Source: a bacterium (GTDB lineage Bacteria > Patescibacteriota > Minisyncoccia > Phycocordibacterales > Phycocordibacteraceae). Taken from it: a DNA stretch of 64,000 nucleotides. This document shows positions 31,001 through 40,291 of the stretch, piece after piece (position 1 is the first letter of the stretch; every line of letters starts with the position of its first letter). The notes beneath the pieces are model-generated. The model saw nothing but the letters and a program-made list of their open reading frames with translations, did no database searches and was not told the origin of the DNA. Made by a program: the position numbers and the translations under genes. The DNA lies in assembly GCA_037200965.1 (NCBI GenBank), contig JBBCGK010000001.1, positions 736,001 through 800,000 on the forward strand, in the 5' to 3' direction.

Positions 31001-34000
31001 CGGCCTTACGTATTCCGGCGGCAGCTTCAATGTGAATACGGCGCAGAATGTCGCGAAGCTTTCGAACCTCACGGGGAACGGATTCGTCAAAACTATAAAC
31101 GGCGACGGCACGCTTTCGGTCGATACCAATACCTACCTCGCCTCCATTGGTCCCGCAGGACAAAGCCAGAGCGGTCCTGCGGTCGCCATTGCCTCCTCGA
31201 CCGATTCTGCGACCGGCCTTATCTCGGGCGTCGTGATAACCGGAAGCGCGAATACGCTTACCTGGAAGGCCGTGCTCTCCGGCGTCTTGAGTGCCGCAAA
31301 CGGCGGCACCGGATCGACGACGCTTTCGGGAATCCTCAAAGGAAACGGCACGGGAGTGCTTATGACCGCGGTTCCGGGAACCGACTATCAGGCGGCGGGG
31401 AACTATCTCACCGCGCTTACCGGTGACATCTCCGCGTCGGGTCCGGGTTCCGCCGCCGCGACGCTCGCGACCGTGAACGCGGATACGGGGTCGTTCGGGG
31501 GTTCGACCGCCATCCCGACTTTTGTCGTAAACGGGAAAGGGCTCGTCACATCCGCGGGCACCGCGGCGGTTATCGCGCCCGCGGGAACGCTCACCGGAAC
31601 CGTACTTGCTTCGAACATCCTCGCTTCTTCGCTTACATCCGTCGGAACGCTCGGCACGCTCTCCGTTTCCGGCCAGGCTTCGCTTGCGGGCGCGAGCTCG
31701 ACCGCCTTTTCCTCGTCCTATGCGTCTTCGACCAGTGCGTTCTTCGGAAACCTGTCCGTCGGAAGTCTTTCGGGAATACTGCGCGCGACCGCCGGAGCGG
31801 TCTCCGCGGGCGCGGTGAATCTTGCCTCGGAAATATCCGGGATGCTCGGCGTCGCAAACGGCGGCACGGGCGCGGGCTCGTTTGCGGCAGGCTCCCTCAT
31901 CTACGGAAACGGTACGGGCCCGCTTCAGAGCGCCGCGACCTCGTCCGTTTCAAACGGCGCTGGCATCTCGGTCTCGGGCGCCGCCGCCGTGGTCGGGAGC
32001 GGGGGACTCACCATCACCAACACGGGCATCACGTCCGTCACGCCGCAATTCGGTGCGGCCATCAGTAACGGCGGGCTAACCGTCGCGTCCTCGACGGCGG
32101 GCACCGACTTTTCGATAACCGGATCGGGAAGCACGATCACGTTCAATCTTCCGACCGCGTCTGCCGCAAACCGCGGCTTGCTTTCCTCCGCCGACTGGAG
32201 CGCCTTCAGCGCCAAGCAGGGCGCGCTTACGTTCGCGTATCCGCTCCAGAATAGCGCGAATACCGTATCGCTCGCCTTCGGGACGACGACCGCGAATACC
32301 TGGGGACCGGTGCAAACTTTCACGAACGTTCCCGTGCTCGGCACTCTTTCGGGAATCATTTATGGGAATAACGGATCGCTTGCCGCGACCGCCACTTCGA
32401 CGCTTGGCGTCGCGCTTGCGGACACTACGGGCTCGCTCCCGGTCGACCGGGGAGGCACCGGATCGACGACGCTCGGCGGCATTTTGAAGGGAAACGGAAC
32501 TTCCGGCATCGCGACCGCCGTCCCCGGCATCGATTATCAGCCCGCCGGGAGCTATCTCACCGGCAACCAGACGGTTACGCTTTCGGGCGACGTCTCGGGA
32601 AGCGGCGCCACTTCGATCACGACCGCGATCGGGGCGGGGAAGGTGACGAATGCGATGCTCCTGGGCGCTATTGCCGCCGCGAAGCTCATCGGAACCGATA
32701 TCACGACCGTCGGGACGATCGTAAGCGGCGTGTGGCAGGGCTCCGTGATCGGATCAGCCTACGGCGGGGCGGGAGCCGTAAGCGGAATACTCAAAGCGAA
32801 CGGTTCCGGCAACGTCTCCGCCGCCTCCGCCGGAACCGACTACGTCGCTCCGAACTCCTCGCCCACATTTGCGGGCCTCACGCTCCTAAGCGCGCTTCCC
32901 GTCGCAAGCGGCGGGACGGGCTGGAGCGCGATACAGTCCGGCAGCATCCCGTACGGAAACGGTTCCGGTGCCCTCGCGACTACCTCGAGCGGGGCGGCGG
33001 GGAGCGTGCTCGCGCTTGTCGCCGGAGTTCCGGCCTGGGTCGCGACGACCACGTTCTCCACGGGCCTTACGTATACGGCCGGAAGCGTGACCGTGAACAC
33101 CGCACAGAGCATCGCGAAGCTTTCGAACCTGACAAGCAATGGATTCGTCAAAACTATAAACGGCGACGGCACGCTCTCGGTCGATACGAACACCTACCTC
33201 GCCTCCATTGGTCCCGCAGGACAAAGCCAGAGCGGCCCCGCAATTACGATCGCAACTTCGACCGCGGGAACCGACATATCGGTGACGGCTTCCGGCAATA
33301 CGATCACGTTCAACCTCCCGACCGCATCTGCCGCAAACCGCGGCTTGCTTTCCTCGTCCGATTGGACGACATTCAACGGCAAAGTGTCGACCGGCGCGTT
33401 CACATCCTCCGGCCTCACCCTTTCGACCGGTAAGCTTCTCGGAAGAAGTTTGGACGGTACGGGAGCGGCCGAAGAGATAACGGTCGGGAGCGGCCTCTCT
33501 CTTTCTGGCGGGACTCTCTCCGCGTCTGGGAGCGGCATCAGCGCACTTGGTCCTTCGGGACAAACCCAAAGCGGTGCGACGGTCACCATTGCCACCTCGA
33601 CAAGCCTTGCAAACGGCGTCACGTCCGCGCTTGTGGTCGTGGGTTCTTCGAACACGCTTATGTTCACTCCTTCCGTTTCCGGCGTGCTCACGGTTCCTGG
33701 GGGAGGCACCGGTGCCGGTACGCTCACGGGACTCGTTTCGGGAAACGGCACGAACGCTTTCACCGCGACCGCGAACGGCGCAAACGGCCAGGTGCTTGCT
33801 ATGTCCGCCGGAGCGCCGACCTGGGTCGCAACGACCACGTTCTCGACCGGACTTACGTACACGGCGGGCACGGTGACGGTCAACACGGTGCAAAGCGTCA
33901 CGAAGCTTTCGAATCTCGCCACGAACGGATTCGTGAAAACGATCAACGCCGACGGCACGCTCTCGATCGACACCAACACCTATCTCACCTCTGCCCTCAC

Positions 34001-35105
34001 CTCAATAGGTCCCGCCGGTCAGGTACAGAACGGCCCGGCTATCGTTATCGCCACCTCGACGACCGCATTTAACGGCATTACGGTGGGCGACACGATAACC
34101 GGTTCGGGGAACACGCTTACGTGGAAGCCCAGCTGGAGCGGTTCGCTCAGCGTCCCTGGCGGCGGCACGGGGGCGACTTCGTTCGGGCAGGGCTGGATAT
34201 TCTCAAGCGGCGGCACGGGTGCCCTTGCTGCCTCGACAAGCCCGACCGTGAACTATCTTATCGCCACCTCGACGACCGCCGCTTCGATCTTCAATTACCG
34301 CGTCGGCATCGGTACGAACGCCCCCGCAACCGCGCTTGACGTGAACGGCGATATCACGATCGAGACCTTGACCTGCAACACATCGCTCGTCGGACTGGGC
34401 ACCGACGCGAACGGCAAGATCTATTGCAAGAGCGTCGTAGGTTCCGATGAGCGGCTTAAGTCGAATATCGAAAGTCTCGGCGACGAAAATGGCCTTGCTC
34501 TCATAGACTCGCTGCGCCCTGTCTCCTATGACTGGAAGGACCCGAACGTGTATGGCGGCATGTCCGGCCTCCAGTACGGGTTCATCGCGCAGCAGGCGCT
34601 TTCTGCCGCGCCGACTCTCGTCGGCACGACGTCGCCGACAGAACTGACGCCCGACGTCACGTACACGTTCAACTATTTCGGCCTCATCGCGCCCCTCGTG
34701 AAAGCGACACAGCAGCTTGACGCGCGGTTCGGCGCGATTGCTTCAACGAGCGCGGATGCGTCTCCGACGTCTTTTGCTCAGGCATTCTTTGGCCGTCTTC
34801 GGGAATGGTTCGCCGACGCGGCAAACGGAATCGAGGACTTCTATGCGAATCGTGTCCATACTTCGCAACTATGCTTAGCAGTCTCCGGCGGGGAAGAGGA
34901 ATGCTTTACGGGCGACGAGCTGAAAGCCCTTAAGGAGAAAGCCGGACAGCATGACAAGGTTCCGCCGCCCGGCATCGGGCCTGTCATCATCGAGGATGTT
35001 CCGCCGCCGGACACCACTGCCTCATCGTCCGAGCCGGAATCAGAAGCCGCTGCGGCTATGCCAGTGCCTCCCGATCCCGCTACTGACTTACCCGCGCCCG
35101 AGTAA
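28026..35105 (+). CDS. giant (2359 aa) secreted surface protein, Gly/Thr/Ser-rich repeat region, C-terminal intramolecular-chaperone (peptidase S74-like) domain and Pro-rich tail
   Basis: Signal-peptide-like N-terminus, then an AAWDGQPYAPGATLDPECGPSDSNCK module. Long near-identical internal repeats. C-terminal VVGSDERLKSNIESL…LRPVSYDWK…GFIAQQ resembles the autoproteolytic tail-fibre chaperone domain, followed by a PPPG/PPPD tail. Confidence 0.8.
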   Translation: MLFLLVRTLIRPHTSLRAFPSLAGKGFLFLFVLWSCSISALPAYAAWDGQPYAPGATLDPECGPSDSNCKTLASADATTLEGRSGSYYLANSFSTTSAAYFLSDNPGLSFATTSSDYWLAHRSTSDLPEGSRLYYTDARADARILATTTLANIISLPGLSLSASQLTGFGIPFYNFFHATTTDALAEGSLHRYYSDVLARGALGVSAGALAYDSGTGILSVAGGYTIPLSASTTEWGEAYDNRITSASAPLTIANREISLGIVDAGHGGTGLASYNPGALLYADADGNLTTLSPGSSGTVLKIAGGVPTWGTDLSSGGGGGAVAWATTSDSLAIYPMDSTNVVIVGASATSSATSVFEVHGRSYFTTNVGIGTTSPLSALSVAGSGFFTGNLTSANITATGTLSVSGAGTSTFAGPFLAGNLAVAGLPAGLIKAGAGGYLRGAVAGTDYFDPAAFGSTFYSFFHATTTDALAEGSVHKYWSDTLFDNRLSATTSLPGLSSIGSYTGLIGANNGSMYQIATSTNFVTSIAAAYPLSVSGPAGAVTISTALATTTFQHSYGSAQIGQIILATSSAATSNGITVGQTITNSGGVFTFAPAVSVSNIPNAALQNSAVTVNGTLIPLGGSGTVAAASSTLLGDNNTFSGGNTFLSTITGSVSGNAGTVTNGVYTTTFGGLFDNRLSATTSLPGLTAVSSGLTGVLKAAAGSLSAAAPGIDFENPLSFLYPLARTANSVSLAFGTTTSNTWGGTQTFTNNPILGTLTGLFYGNNGSLAATATSSVTSGTGIGFSGTPGALVGGTPLTITNTGVTSNIAGTGISVSGATGAVTISAANVPNSALENSTIGLASGDSSLTVSGSPASLGGSLSASLNTAHPNTFTALQQFSANASTTGISSSYASSTKAFLGSLSIGNLTGILRAAGGAVSASLVSLASDVTGVLGVINGGTGWDSIQSGSIPYGNGAGALATTSPGTNGQTLALVAGVPAWIATTTAGTGLTYSGGSFNVNTAQNVAKLSNLTGNGFVKTINGDGTLSVDTNTYLASIGPAGQSQSGPAVAIASSTDSATGLISGVVITGSANTLTWKAVLSGVLSAANGGTGSTTLSGILKGNGTGVLMTAVPGTDYQAAGNYLTALTGDISASGPGSAAATLATVNADTGSFGGSTAIPTFVVNGKGLVTSAGTAAVIAPAGTLTGTVLASNILASSLTSVGTLGTLSVSGQASLAGASSTAFSSSYASSTSAFFGNLSVGSLSGILRATAGAVSAGAVNLASEISGMLGVANGGTGAGSFAAGSLIYGNGTGPLQSAATSSVSNGAGISVSGAAAVVGSGGLTITNTGITSVTPQFGAAISNGGLTVASSTAGTDFSITGSGSTITFNLPTASAANRGLLSSADWSAFSAKQGALTFAYPLQNSANTVSLAFGTTTANTWGPVQTFTNVPVLGTLSGIIYGNNGSLAATATSTLGVALADTTGSLPVDRGGTGSTTLGGILKGNGTSGIATAVPGIDYQPAGSYLTGNQTVTLSGDVSGSGATSITTAIGAGKVTNAMLLGAIAAAKLIGTDITTVGTIVSGVWQGSVIGSAYGGAGAVSGILKANGSGNVSAASAGTDYVAPNSSPTFAGLTLLSALPVASGGTGWSAIQSGSIPYGNGSGALATTSSGAAGSVLALVAGVPAWVATTTFSTGLTYTAGSVTVNTAQSIAKLSNLTSNGFVKTINGDGTLSVDTNTYLASIGPAGQSQSGPAITIATSTAGTDISVTASGNTITFNLPTASAANRGLLSSSDWTTFNGKVSTGAFTSSGLTLSTGKLLGRSLDGTGAAEEITVGSGLSLSGGTLSASGSGISALGPSGQTQSGATVTIATSTSLANGVTSALVVVGSSNTLMFTPSVSGVLTVPGGGTGAGTLTGLVSGNGTNAFTATANGANGQVLAMSAGAPTWVATTTFSTGLTYTAGTVTVNTVQSVTKLSNLATNGFVKTINADGTLSIDTNTYLTSALTSIGPAGQVQNGPAIVIATSTTAFNGITVGDTITGSGNTLTWKPSWSGSLSVPGGGTGATSFGQGWIFSSGGTGALAASTSPTVNYLIATSTTAASIFNYRVGIGTNAPATALDVNGDITIETLTCNTSLVGLGTDANGKIYCKSVVGSDERLKSNIESLGDENGLALIDSLRPVSYDWKDPNVYGGMSGLQYGFIAQQALSAAPTLVGTTSPTELTPDVTYTFNYFGLIAPLVKATQQLDARFGAIASTSADASPTSFAQAFFGRLREWFADAANGIEDFYANRVHTSQLCLAVSGGEEECFTGDELKALKEKAGQHDKVPPPGIGPVIIEDVPPPDTTASSSEPESEAAAAMPVPPDPATDLPAPE

Positions 35106-36162
35106 GGGGGCCGAAGTATCCTGCGGCCGGAGCTATACCGTTTGCGACCTGATATTCCGCAAGCGCGGCCTGCGTGACCGGGCCGAAGTATCCCGTCGCT
35201 CCGGCTGCCGCGAGCGCGCGGGCTCCCGGCCCGCTGTTTTTCCCTATGAGAAATGCCTGAAGCGCGGTCACGTCGCTTCCGCGCGCGCCGACGATCAGGT
35301 CGCGATAGAAAGTTGAGGTGGTCACCGCCGTGTTTCCCGCTGCTTCAAGCGCGTCATCGATCGCGGAGGGAAGGTTCATGCCAAGCGCGAGCGCTCCGAG
35401 GAAGGTTCCGCGATAGTTTCGCACGAGCATTTCGGCATCCTCGTCTTCGTCTTCGTCATCGGCATCCTTAAGCGCGTCTTCGACCGCATCGATGCGCTCG
35501 TCGAGCGTGAATTCGCGGGCTAGGCGAGGGAACGGATCGGTCGCCGTCCTTCCGTGGCGTATCTCGAAATGGAGATGGGTTACTCCGCCTTTCGCGTCCC
35601 CGGTGTCTCCCACATACCCGATGAGGTCGCCTTTCTTGAGCACCGAGCCTCTCTTAAGCCCTTCGGCGAATTTGTCGAGATGCATGTACGCGAATGTCTC
35701 GTCCCCGGGATTCGCCGTATAGACATAGTTTCCGGCGCTCGAGCCCGTGCCCATGCTCGTCACCACCGCGTCGGTGGGGGAGACGATGTAGTCGTCCTTG
35801 GGCGCAAGGATGTCCTCGCCCTCGTGCTTGCGCGCCCCGCCGTCGCGCGGGTCGCCGAAGTTCGGCGTGATGTCCACGAGCGAAACGCCAAGCAGCACGG
35901 GTATCGGAAGGTTCTTGACGGGATCGTCGTCAAGCGCGTCGATGGCCTTCTGCGCCGCGGAAGATATGCCGCGGCGGGACGTCGCGCGTTCGATCGTCTC
36001 CTGGCTCGCGCTCCCTTCCGAGGAATTGCGCCAATAGTCGTATGTTCTCGAATACTGCGGCCGTGTCGCCGCCTGTGCGGCCGGCGGGCAAGCGGCCGCG
36101 AAGACGAACGCGCTGATAAAGGAAACGGCAAGCACCGCCCGTGCCCGGTAAGCGTATGTCAT
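35080..36162 (-). CDS. M23 family metallopeptidase with C-terminal peptidoglycan-binding repeats
   Basis: Signal peptide, LytM motifs HEGEDI…GDTGDAKGGVTHLHFEI, and two PG_binding_1-like repeats (…TALQAFLI…GYFGPVTQAAL…). Confidence 0.8.
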   Translation of the reverse strand: MTYAYRARAVLAVSFISAFVFAAACPPAAQAATRPQYSRTYDYWRNSSEGSASQETIERATSRRGISSAAQKAIDALDDDPVKNLPIPVLLGVSLVDITPNFGDPRDGGARKHEGEDILAPKDDYIVSPTDAVVTSMGTGSSAGNYVYTANPGDETFAYMHLDKFAEGLKRGSVLKKGDLIGYVGDTGDAKGGVTHLHFEIRHGRTATDPFPRLAREFTLDERIDAVEDALKDADDEDEDEDAEMLVRNYRGTFLGALALGMNLPSAIDDALEAAGNTAVTTSTFYRDLIVGARGSDVTALQAFLIGKNSGPGARALAAAGATGYFGPVTQAALAEYQVANGIAPAAGYFGPLTRARVSQ

Positions 36163-36214
36163 GCGCGAAGTATAGCCCGGATCTCCGTGAGATATGCGTG
36201 AAGAAAAGGGGAGC

Positions 36215-36745
36215 TTACCGCAATTTTTTAAATTCCCGGATTATCGGAGTATGCTCGCCTCGCGTTTCAGCACGTTTCAACTGTTGTAATTCGCCTATAT
36301 CGAAGACGCTGTCGAATCCGTCTTCAACCACAGGAGGAGTACGGATAAGCATATTGTGCATGCGCCTGATCGCGTGTTCGGGAACCATAGGTTCACGTAA
36401 ACGATTACGTTCGAGGGCGACCTCCATGGGAACGGCGGCCACCATGCCTTGCACCTTGCTTGCGCCATGTTCGCGGGCGAAGCGAATAAACTCCTTGCGT
36501 TCGAAGTCTTTGGCGAATGTCGCATCGAATACGACCGTCTCCCCGCGCCGCAACGCATCGGCGGTTCTTCGATGTGCTTCTTCCCACACTTCCTTGTTTT
36601 TTGACTGCTCAGTCGCATCGCCAAGCATTTCGAATCGTATATCATCGGGGGAGATGTAGGTATAGGAATTTTCTTCCGCAAAAGGTTTCAGAATTGTCGT
36701 TTTCCCGGAACCGGGAACGCCGATGCCCATAATAAGCTTTGCCAT
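36215..36745 (-). CDS. P-loop ATPase/kinase (AAA_33 / polynucleotide-kinase-like)
   Basis: Walker A GIGVPGSGKTT near the N-terminus and Walker B VVFDATF. The start is chosen at MAKLIMG; a longer ORF runs to 36823. Confidence 0.65.
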   Translation of the reverse strand: MAKLIMGIGVPGSGKTTILKPFAEENSYTYISPDDIRFEMLGDATEQSKNKEVWEEAHRRTADALRRGETVVFDATFAKDFERKEFIRFAREHGASKVQGMVAAVPMEVALERNRLREPMVPEHAIRRMHNMLIRTPPVVEDGFDSVFDIGELQQLKRAETRGEHTPIIREFKKLR

Positions 36746-36960
36746 GTTCTTAAGTATACCTGTGGTCAAAGTCTTATCCCCACGCGAATCATAGGAGGCC
36801 GCGCGCCTGCGGCTATACTTCAAGTACCACGGTGTTGCGCACCGAGTCTCTCCGGACCCGAAAGGGAGTGGTCCGCGTCATGCGCACCCAAACGCTCAAG
36901 CGATTCAGTCTTTATAAACATATCTCCGCGAAGCGGGGCTAACTTCATATATACCGGCGT

Positions 36961-37500
36961 ATGCGCCGCACTCGTCCTATGGCAGCTAAGAATGAAAAGA
37001 TGGATATAGATGTCTCCGAGCCAGTGCCCGAAGCGCCGTGGCCTCCGGCCGCGCCGGGACCAAGGAACGGGCGCAGGATGCGGCGCGGATGGTCCAAGAT
37101 TCTCGCCGCGCTCATCCTGGTCCTCGTCCTCGCCGCGCTTGCGTACTATTTTGTGCAATACCAGCGCCTCAGCCGCGACCCGGCGGTGGTCGCGCGGGCC
37201 GAAGACGCGAAAGTCATACAGGAACTTTCGAAGGTGATGGTGGTCCCGAACGATCCGAGCCCCGTCATTGCGACCGTGTCCGACAAAAGCAAGCTTGCCG
37301 ACCAGCCTTTCTTCGCGCAGGCGCAAAACGGCGACCAGGTCATCATCTTCCCGGTTTCGATGAAAGCCGTGCTCTATCGTCCGTCGGCCCGAAAAATAAT
37401 CGACATCGCGCCGCTTGCAACCGGTGCCTCGGCGTCTGCCGCCGCCCCGTCTCCCGTACCCGCAAAGGCGAAGGCGGCCGCGACGAGCACGACTCCTTAA
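36961..37500 (+). CDS. hypothetical membrane-anchored protein (first gene of a 5-gene + strand operon)
   Basis: One TM helix and an Ala/Pro-rich C-terminus. The antisense ORF is R-rich. Confidence 0.45.
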   Translation: MRRTRPMAAKNEKMDIDVSEPVPEAPWPPAAPGPRNGRRMRRGWSKILAALILVLVLAALAYYFVQYQRLSRDPAVVARAEDAKVIQELSKVMVVPNDPSPVIATVSDKSKLADQPFFAQAQNGDQVIIFPVSMKAVLYRPSARKIIDIAPLATGASASAAAPSPVPAKAKAAATSTTP

Positions 37501-37504
37501 ACGC

Positions 37505-38689
37505 ATGAATATCCGACTCGGCACCATTTCGCTCGTCGCACTCATTTTCTTTTCCTTCGCGCTTCCCGCGTTCGCGTCGGAAACATCCGGAACGGTGCTC
37601 GATTCGCAGAAGTTCGGATGGGGCGACAAGATCGGGTGGATCAATTTCGCACCGACCGACGGCTCCGAGTACGTCGGCCTCGTGATCACCGACAGCGCGG
37701 TGACGGGCTTCGCGTGGAGCAGGGATTTCGGATGGATACGGTTCGATCCGCCGAATTCCGGACAGGGGGTTACGAACACGCCGGAAGGCGTTCTTGGCGG
37801 TTCCGCATGGGTCGCGTCGCTCGGATGGATATCGATGGAGGGCGTAACGATAAATCAAAACGGCGAGTTCACGGGCATCGCCGGAGTCGCTGGCACCGAT
37901 ACCGCGCGTATTTCCTTCGATTGCTCGCGGTGCGGCGTGCAGACTGACTGGCGCCCGGCATCCGTGCGAGGCGGCGGCGGAAACAACGGGGGAGGCAGCG
38001 GCAACAACGGGCGTTCCGGCAGTTCCGTTCCGGACGCATCCTCGCCAGAACCCTCCTCAAGCGGTGGCGGGATCGGTATCGTGCCGTTCTTTCAGAACTT
38101 ATTTACGGGCATCTTCGGCGCAGCTCCCGGGACGAACGCCGGTACCGCTGGCGCGGCGGGCGCTGCCGTTCCGAACAGCCTGTTCGACATTTCGCTCGCG
38201 CTTGAAAAGAGCGTCGTGCCCGCAGGCGAGCCGCTCGTCGCGCTCGTCTCGTTCGCGAACTTCGGAAAGGTTACTACCGCGGCCGACCTCGCCTTCTCCA
38301 TCGTCAACGGCGAGGGAACCGTATTCGCGACATCGACCGCGCGCACGAGCGTCGAAACCGAGAACCTCGTGCGGCAGACGTTTGCTACGACGGCATTCTC
38401 TCCCGGAACGTACTGGATAAAGCTCAGGGTCACGTACGGTTCGCCCGTCATCACCGAAGACTTCAACCAGCAGTTCACAATCACGGCCGCGCAGACGTTC
38501 GCCGGGCGGTGCGGGTTCCCGTGGCCGCTGTCGTATGCCGTGGATCACATCGCGTTCCTCGCCTGGTTCGGCTGTGTATTCCCGTGGATCATCATTATCG
38601 TCACGATACTGATGATCGTCGCTCTCTTCTATTATCTTGTTCATCCGCGTGGAAAGGACCGGCATGCGGCCCGCGCTTTCTCCCGATGA
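37505..38689 (+). CDS. secreted protein with triplicated GW-containing repeats, Gly/Ser-rich linker and C-terminal TM anchor
   Basis: Signal peptide MNIRLGTISLVALIFFSFALPAFA. Repeats FGWGDKIGWINF / FAWSRDFGWIRF / SAWVASLGWISMEG. The C-terminal TM segment is hydrophobic. Confidence 0.6.
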   Translation: MNIRLGTISLVALIFFSFALPAFASETSGTVLDSQKFGWGDKIGWINFAPTDGSEYVGLVITDSAVTGFAWSRDFGWIRFDPPNSGQGVTNTPEGVLGGSAWVASLGWISMEGVTINQNGEFTGIAGVAGTDTARISFDCSRCGVQTDWRPASVRGGGGNNGGGSGNNGRSGSSVPDASSPEPSSSGGGIGIVPFFQNLFTGIFGAAPGTNAGTAGAAGAAVPNSLFDISLALEKSVVPAGEPLVALVSFANFGKVTTAADLAFSIVNGEGTVFATSTARTSVETENLVRQTFATTAFSPGTYWIKLRVTYGSPVITEDFNQQFTITAAQTFAGRCGFPWPLSYAVDHIAFLAWFGCVFPWIIIIVTILMIVALFYYLVHPRGKDRHAARAFSR

Positions 38690-39693
38690 AGTACCTGCGC
38701 ATCACGATAACGGCAGGACTTCTGTTTCGCGGTCTTGCGCTCCTGCTCGTCATTCTCGCGGTCTCGCTTACGATCCACGAGTGGGCGCTCATGGCCGAGC
38801 GGGACCACCTGTACCAAGCGGCCGCGAACGAAGCCCTCGATGAGCGGCTCGAGTCTGTCGGCGACGGGCTCACGGAGGTTTTCGCGAGCGCTCGTGAAGG
38901 GCTCCGGTCGCTTTCGTCCGTACTCGCGGTCTATTCGGGAGTATCTGACGGCCGCGCGGGCGCCGAACAGGCGCTCCGCATCGCGCGGGACGCCCACCCC
39001 GAGTATTATTTCGTTCGTTATATAGGCGCGGACGGGTCCGCGTTCGTCACGCTTTCGCCGCCCGGCATGTCGGTGGGGGACGAGACGGTATTCGATGCCG
39101 GATTCGACGGCCTCCTGCAGGACGCGCAAAATTCAATCACCGGGGACATTCTCGTGTCGGGGCTCTCGTGGTATCCCGTCATCGGCGGCACGAAGATTCC
39201 GCTCGTGTATGCAATTACGCCGGTTGTGGCGGCAGGGAAAACGTACGGATATCTCGAAGTGGCGCTTGATATACGCAACTCGTTCACGGCGGTGACGCAG
39301 GCGCAGCGCGCCGAAGACGTCCTGTTCCTTCTGGATAGCGAAGGGAAATACCTTGTCGCGCCGCACGGTACGCCAGTTCCGGAAGATACGGTCACGAGCC
39401 GGTATCCAAAAGAGGTGGTTGACCACCTGTACGGGCCGGACACAGTCGGTGCCTTCACGTACGGCGATCGGGTCTTCGCGTATGAGCACTTGCGGACGAC
39501 CGGCGTCGGCATGCGGTCGGGTGATCCCGAATTTTGGGTGCTCGTCAGCGTGTCCGATACCCGCTCCGTCTTCAGCGCGGCGCGGCGCGCGAGAAACGAA
39601 TCGGTCTTTTCCCTGGCCGTGTTCCTTCTGCTTGCGGGTCTCGCCGGCCTCTTGGTGTACCGCCTGCGCATGATGCTGCACACTCATCTATGA
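38686..39693 (+). CDS. membrane protein with periplasmic Cache-like sensor domain and no output domain
   Basis: ATGA coupling. An N-terminal TM and a C-terminal TM bracket a ~270-aa extracytoplasmic domain. Confidence 0.5.
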   Translation: MKYLRITITAGLLFRGLALLLVILAVSLTIHEWALMAERDHLYQAAANEALDERLESVGDGLTEVFASAREGLRSLSSVLAVYSGVSDGRAGAEQALRIARDAHPEYYFVRYIGADGSAFVTLSPPGMSVGDETVFDAGFDGLLQDAQNSITGDILVSGLSWYPVIGGTKIPLVYAITPVVAAGKTYGYLEVALDIRNSFTAVTQAQRAEDVLFLLDSEGKYLVAPHGTPVPEDTVTSRYPKEVVDHLYGPDTVGAFTYGDRVFAYEHLRTTGVGMRSGDPEFWVLVSVSDTRSVFSAARRARNESVFSLAVFLLLAGLAGLLVYRLRMMLHTHL

Positions 39694-40187
39694 AGCGGAT
39701 CCTGAAGCTGTCGGCGGGCCTGGGTGCGGTCCTGCTGTGCGCGGGTATCGTTCCAGCATCCGTACATGCGGCGAGCGTGGCGCTTTCCATCCCCGACCGG
39801 TACGCGCAAGTGGATCCCGACGACCGTTTTTACTACCAGCTTAACGTCCTGTATCCGGAAAACGTCCAGCGGAGGGACCTCACCGTCACTTACCGCGTCG
39901 AGGAGGGGCAGGCGACGATCGTCAGCGGCCAGTACCTGCGGGCAGTCGAGACGCAGGCATCCTTCTCCGATTACATCGTCATTCCGACCGACGCCCGGGA
40001 AGGCCTCCATACGATAGAGATCGCGGTCACCGACGGCGACAAGCCGCTCGCGCAGGTGAGCGGAAGCTTCCAGGTCAATCCGCAGGAAGACTGGGTCATG
40101 ATCTACTTCTCGATACTTCTTGCCGCCGTGCTGCTGGTCGGCGTCGGCCTGTTCGTCGAGATCCTTATCGTGTCCCGCCGCGCATGA
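39690..40187 (+). CDS. secreted hypothetical protein with C-terminal TM anchor
   Basis: ATGA coupling and signal peptide MKRILKLSAGLGAVLLCAGIVPASVHA. Confidence 0.5.
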   Translation: MKRILKLSAGLGAVLLCAGIVPASVHAASVALSIPDRYAQVDPDDRFYYQLNVLYPENVQRRDLTVTYRVEEGQATIVSGQYLRAVETQASFSDYIVIPTDAREGLHTIEIAVTDGDKPLAQVSGSFQVNPQEDWVMIYFSILLAAVLLVGVGLFVEILIVSRRA

Positions 40188-40291
40188 CTTGTCCACACCG
40201 CGAATGCTTGAACGGGACAGGTGCTGCTAGACTCAAGAGTGTTCCGGTGTTGCGCACCGCATCTGTCCCGGGGACGATTAATTCTCGTCTC

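Noticed and set aside
40184-40291. ATGA-coupled upstream start for the second giant protein
   Set aside because: The 36 extra residues (MTCPHRECLNGT…) are not signal-peptide-like, whereas M at 40292 begins a clear signal peptide. The longer form remains possible.
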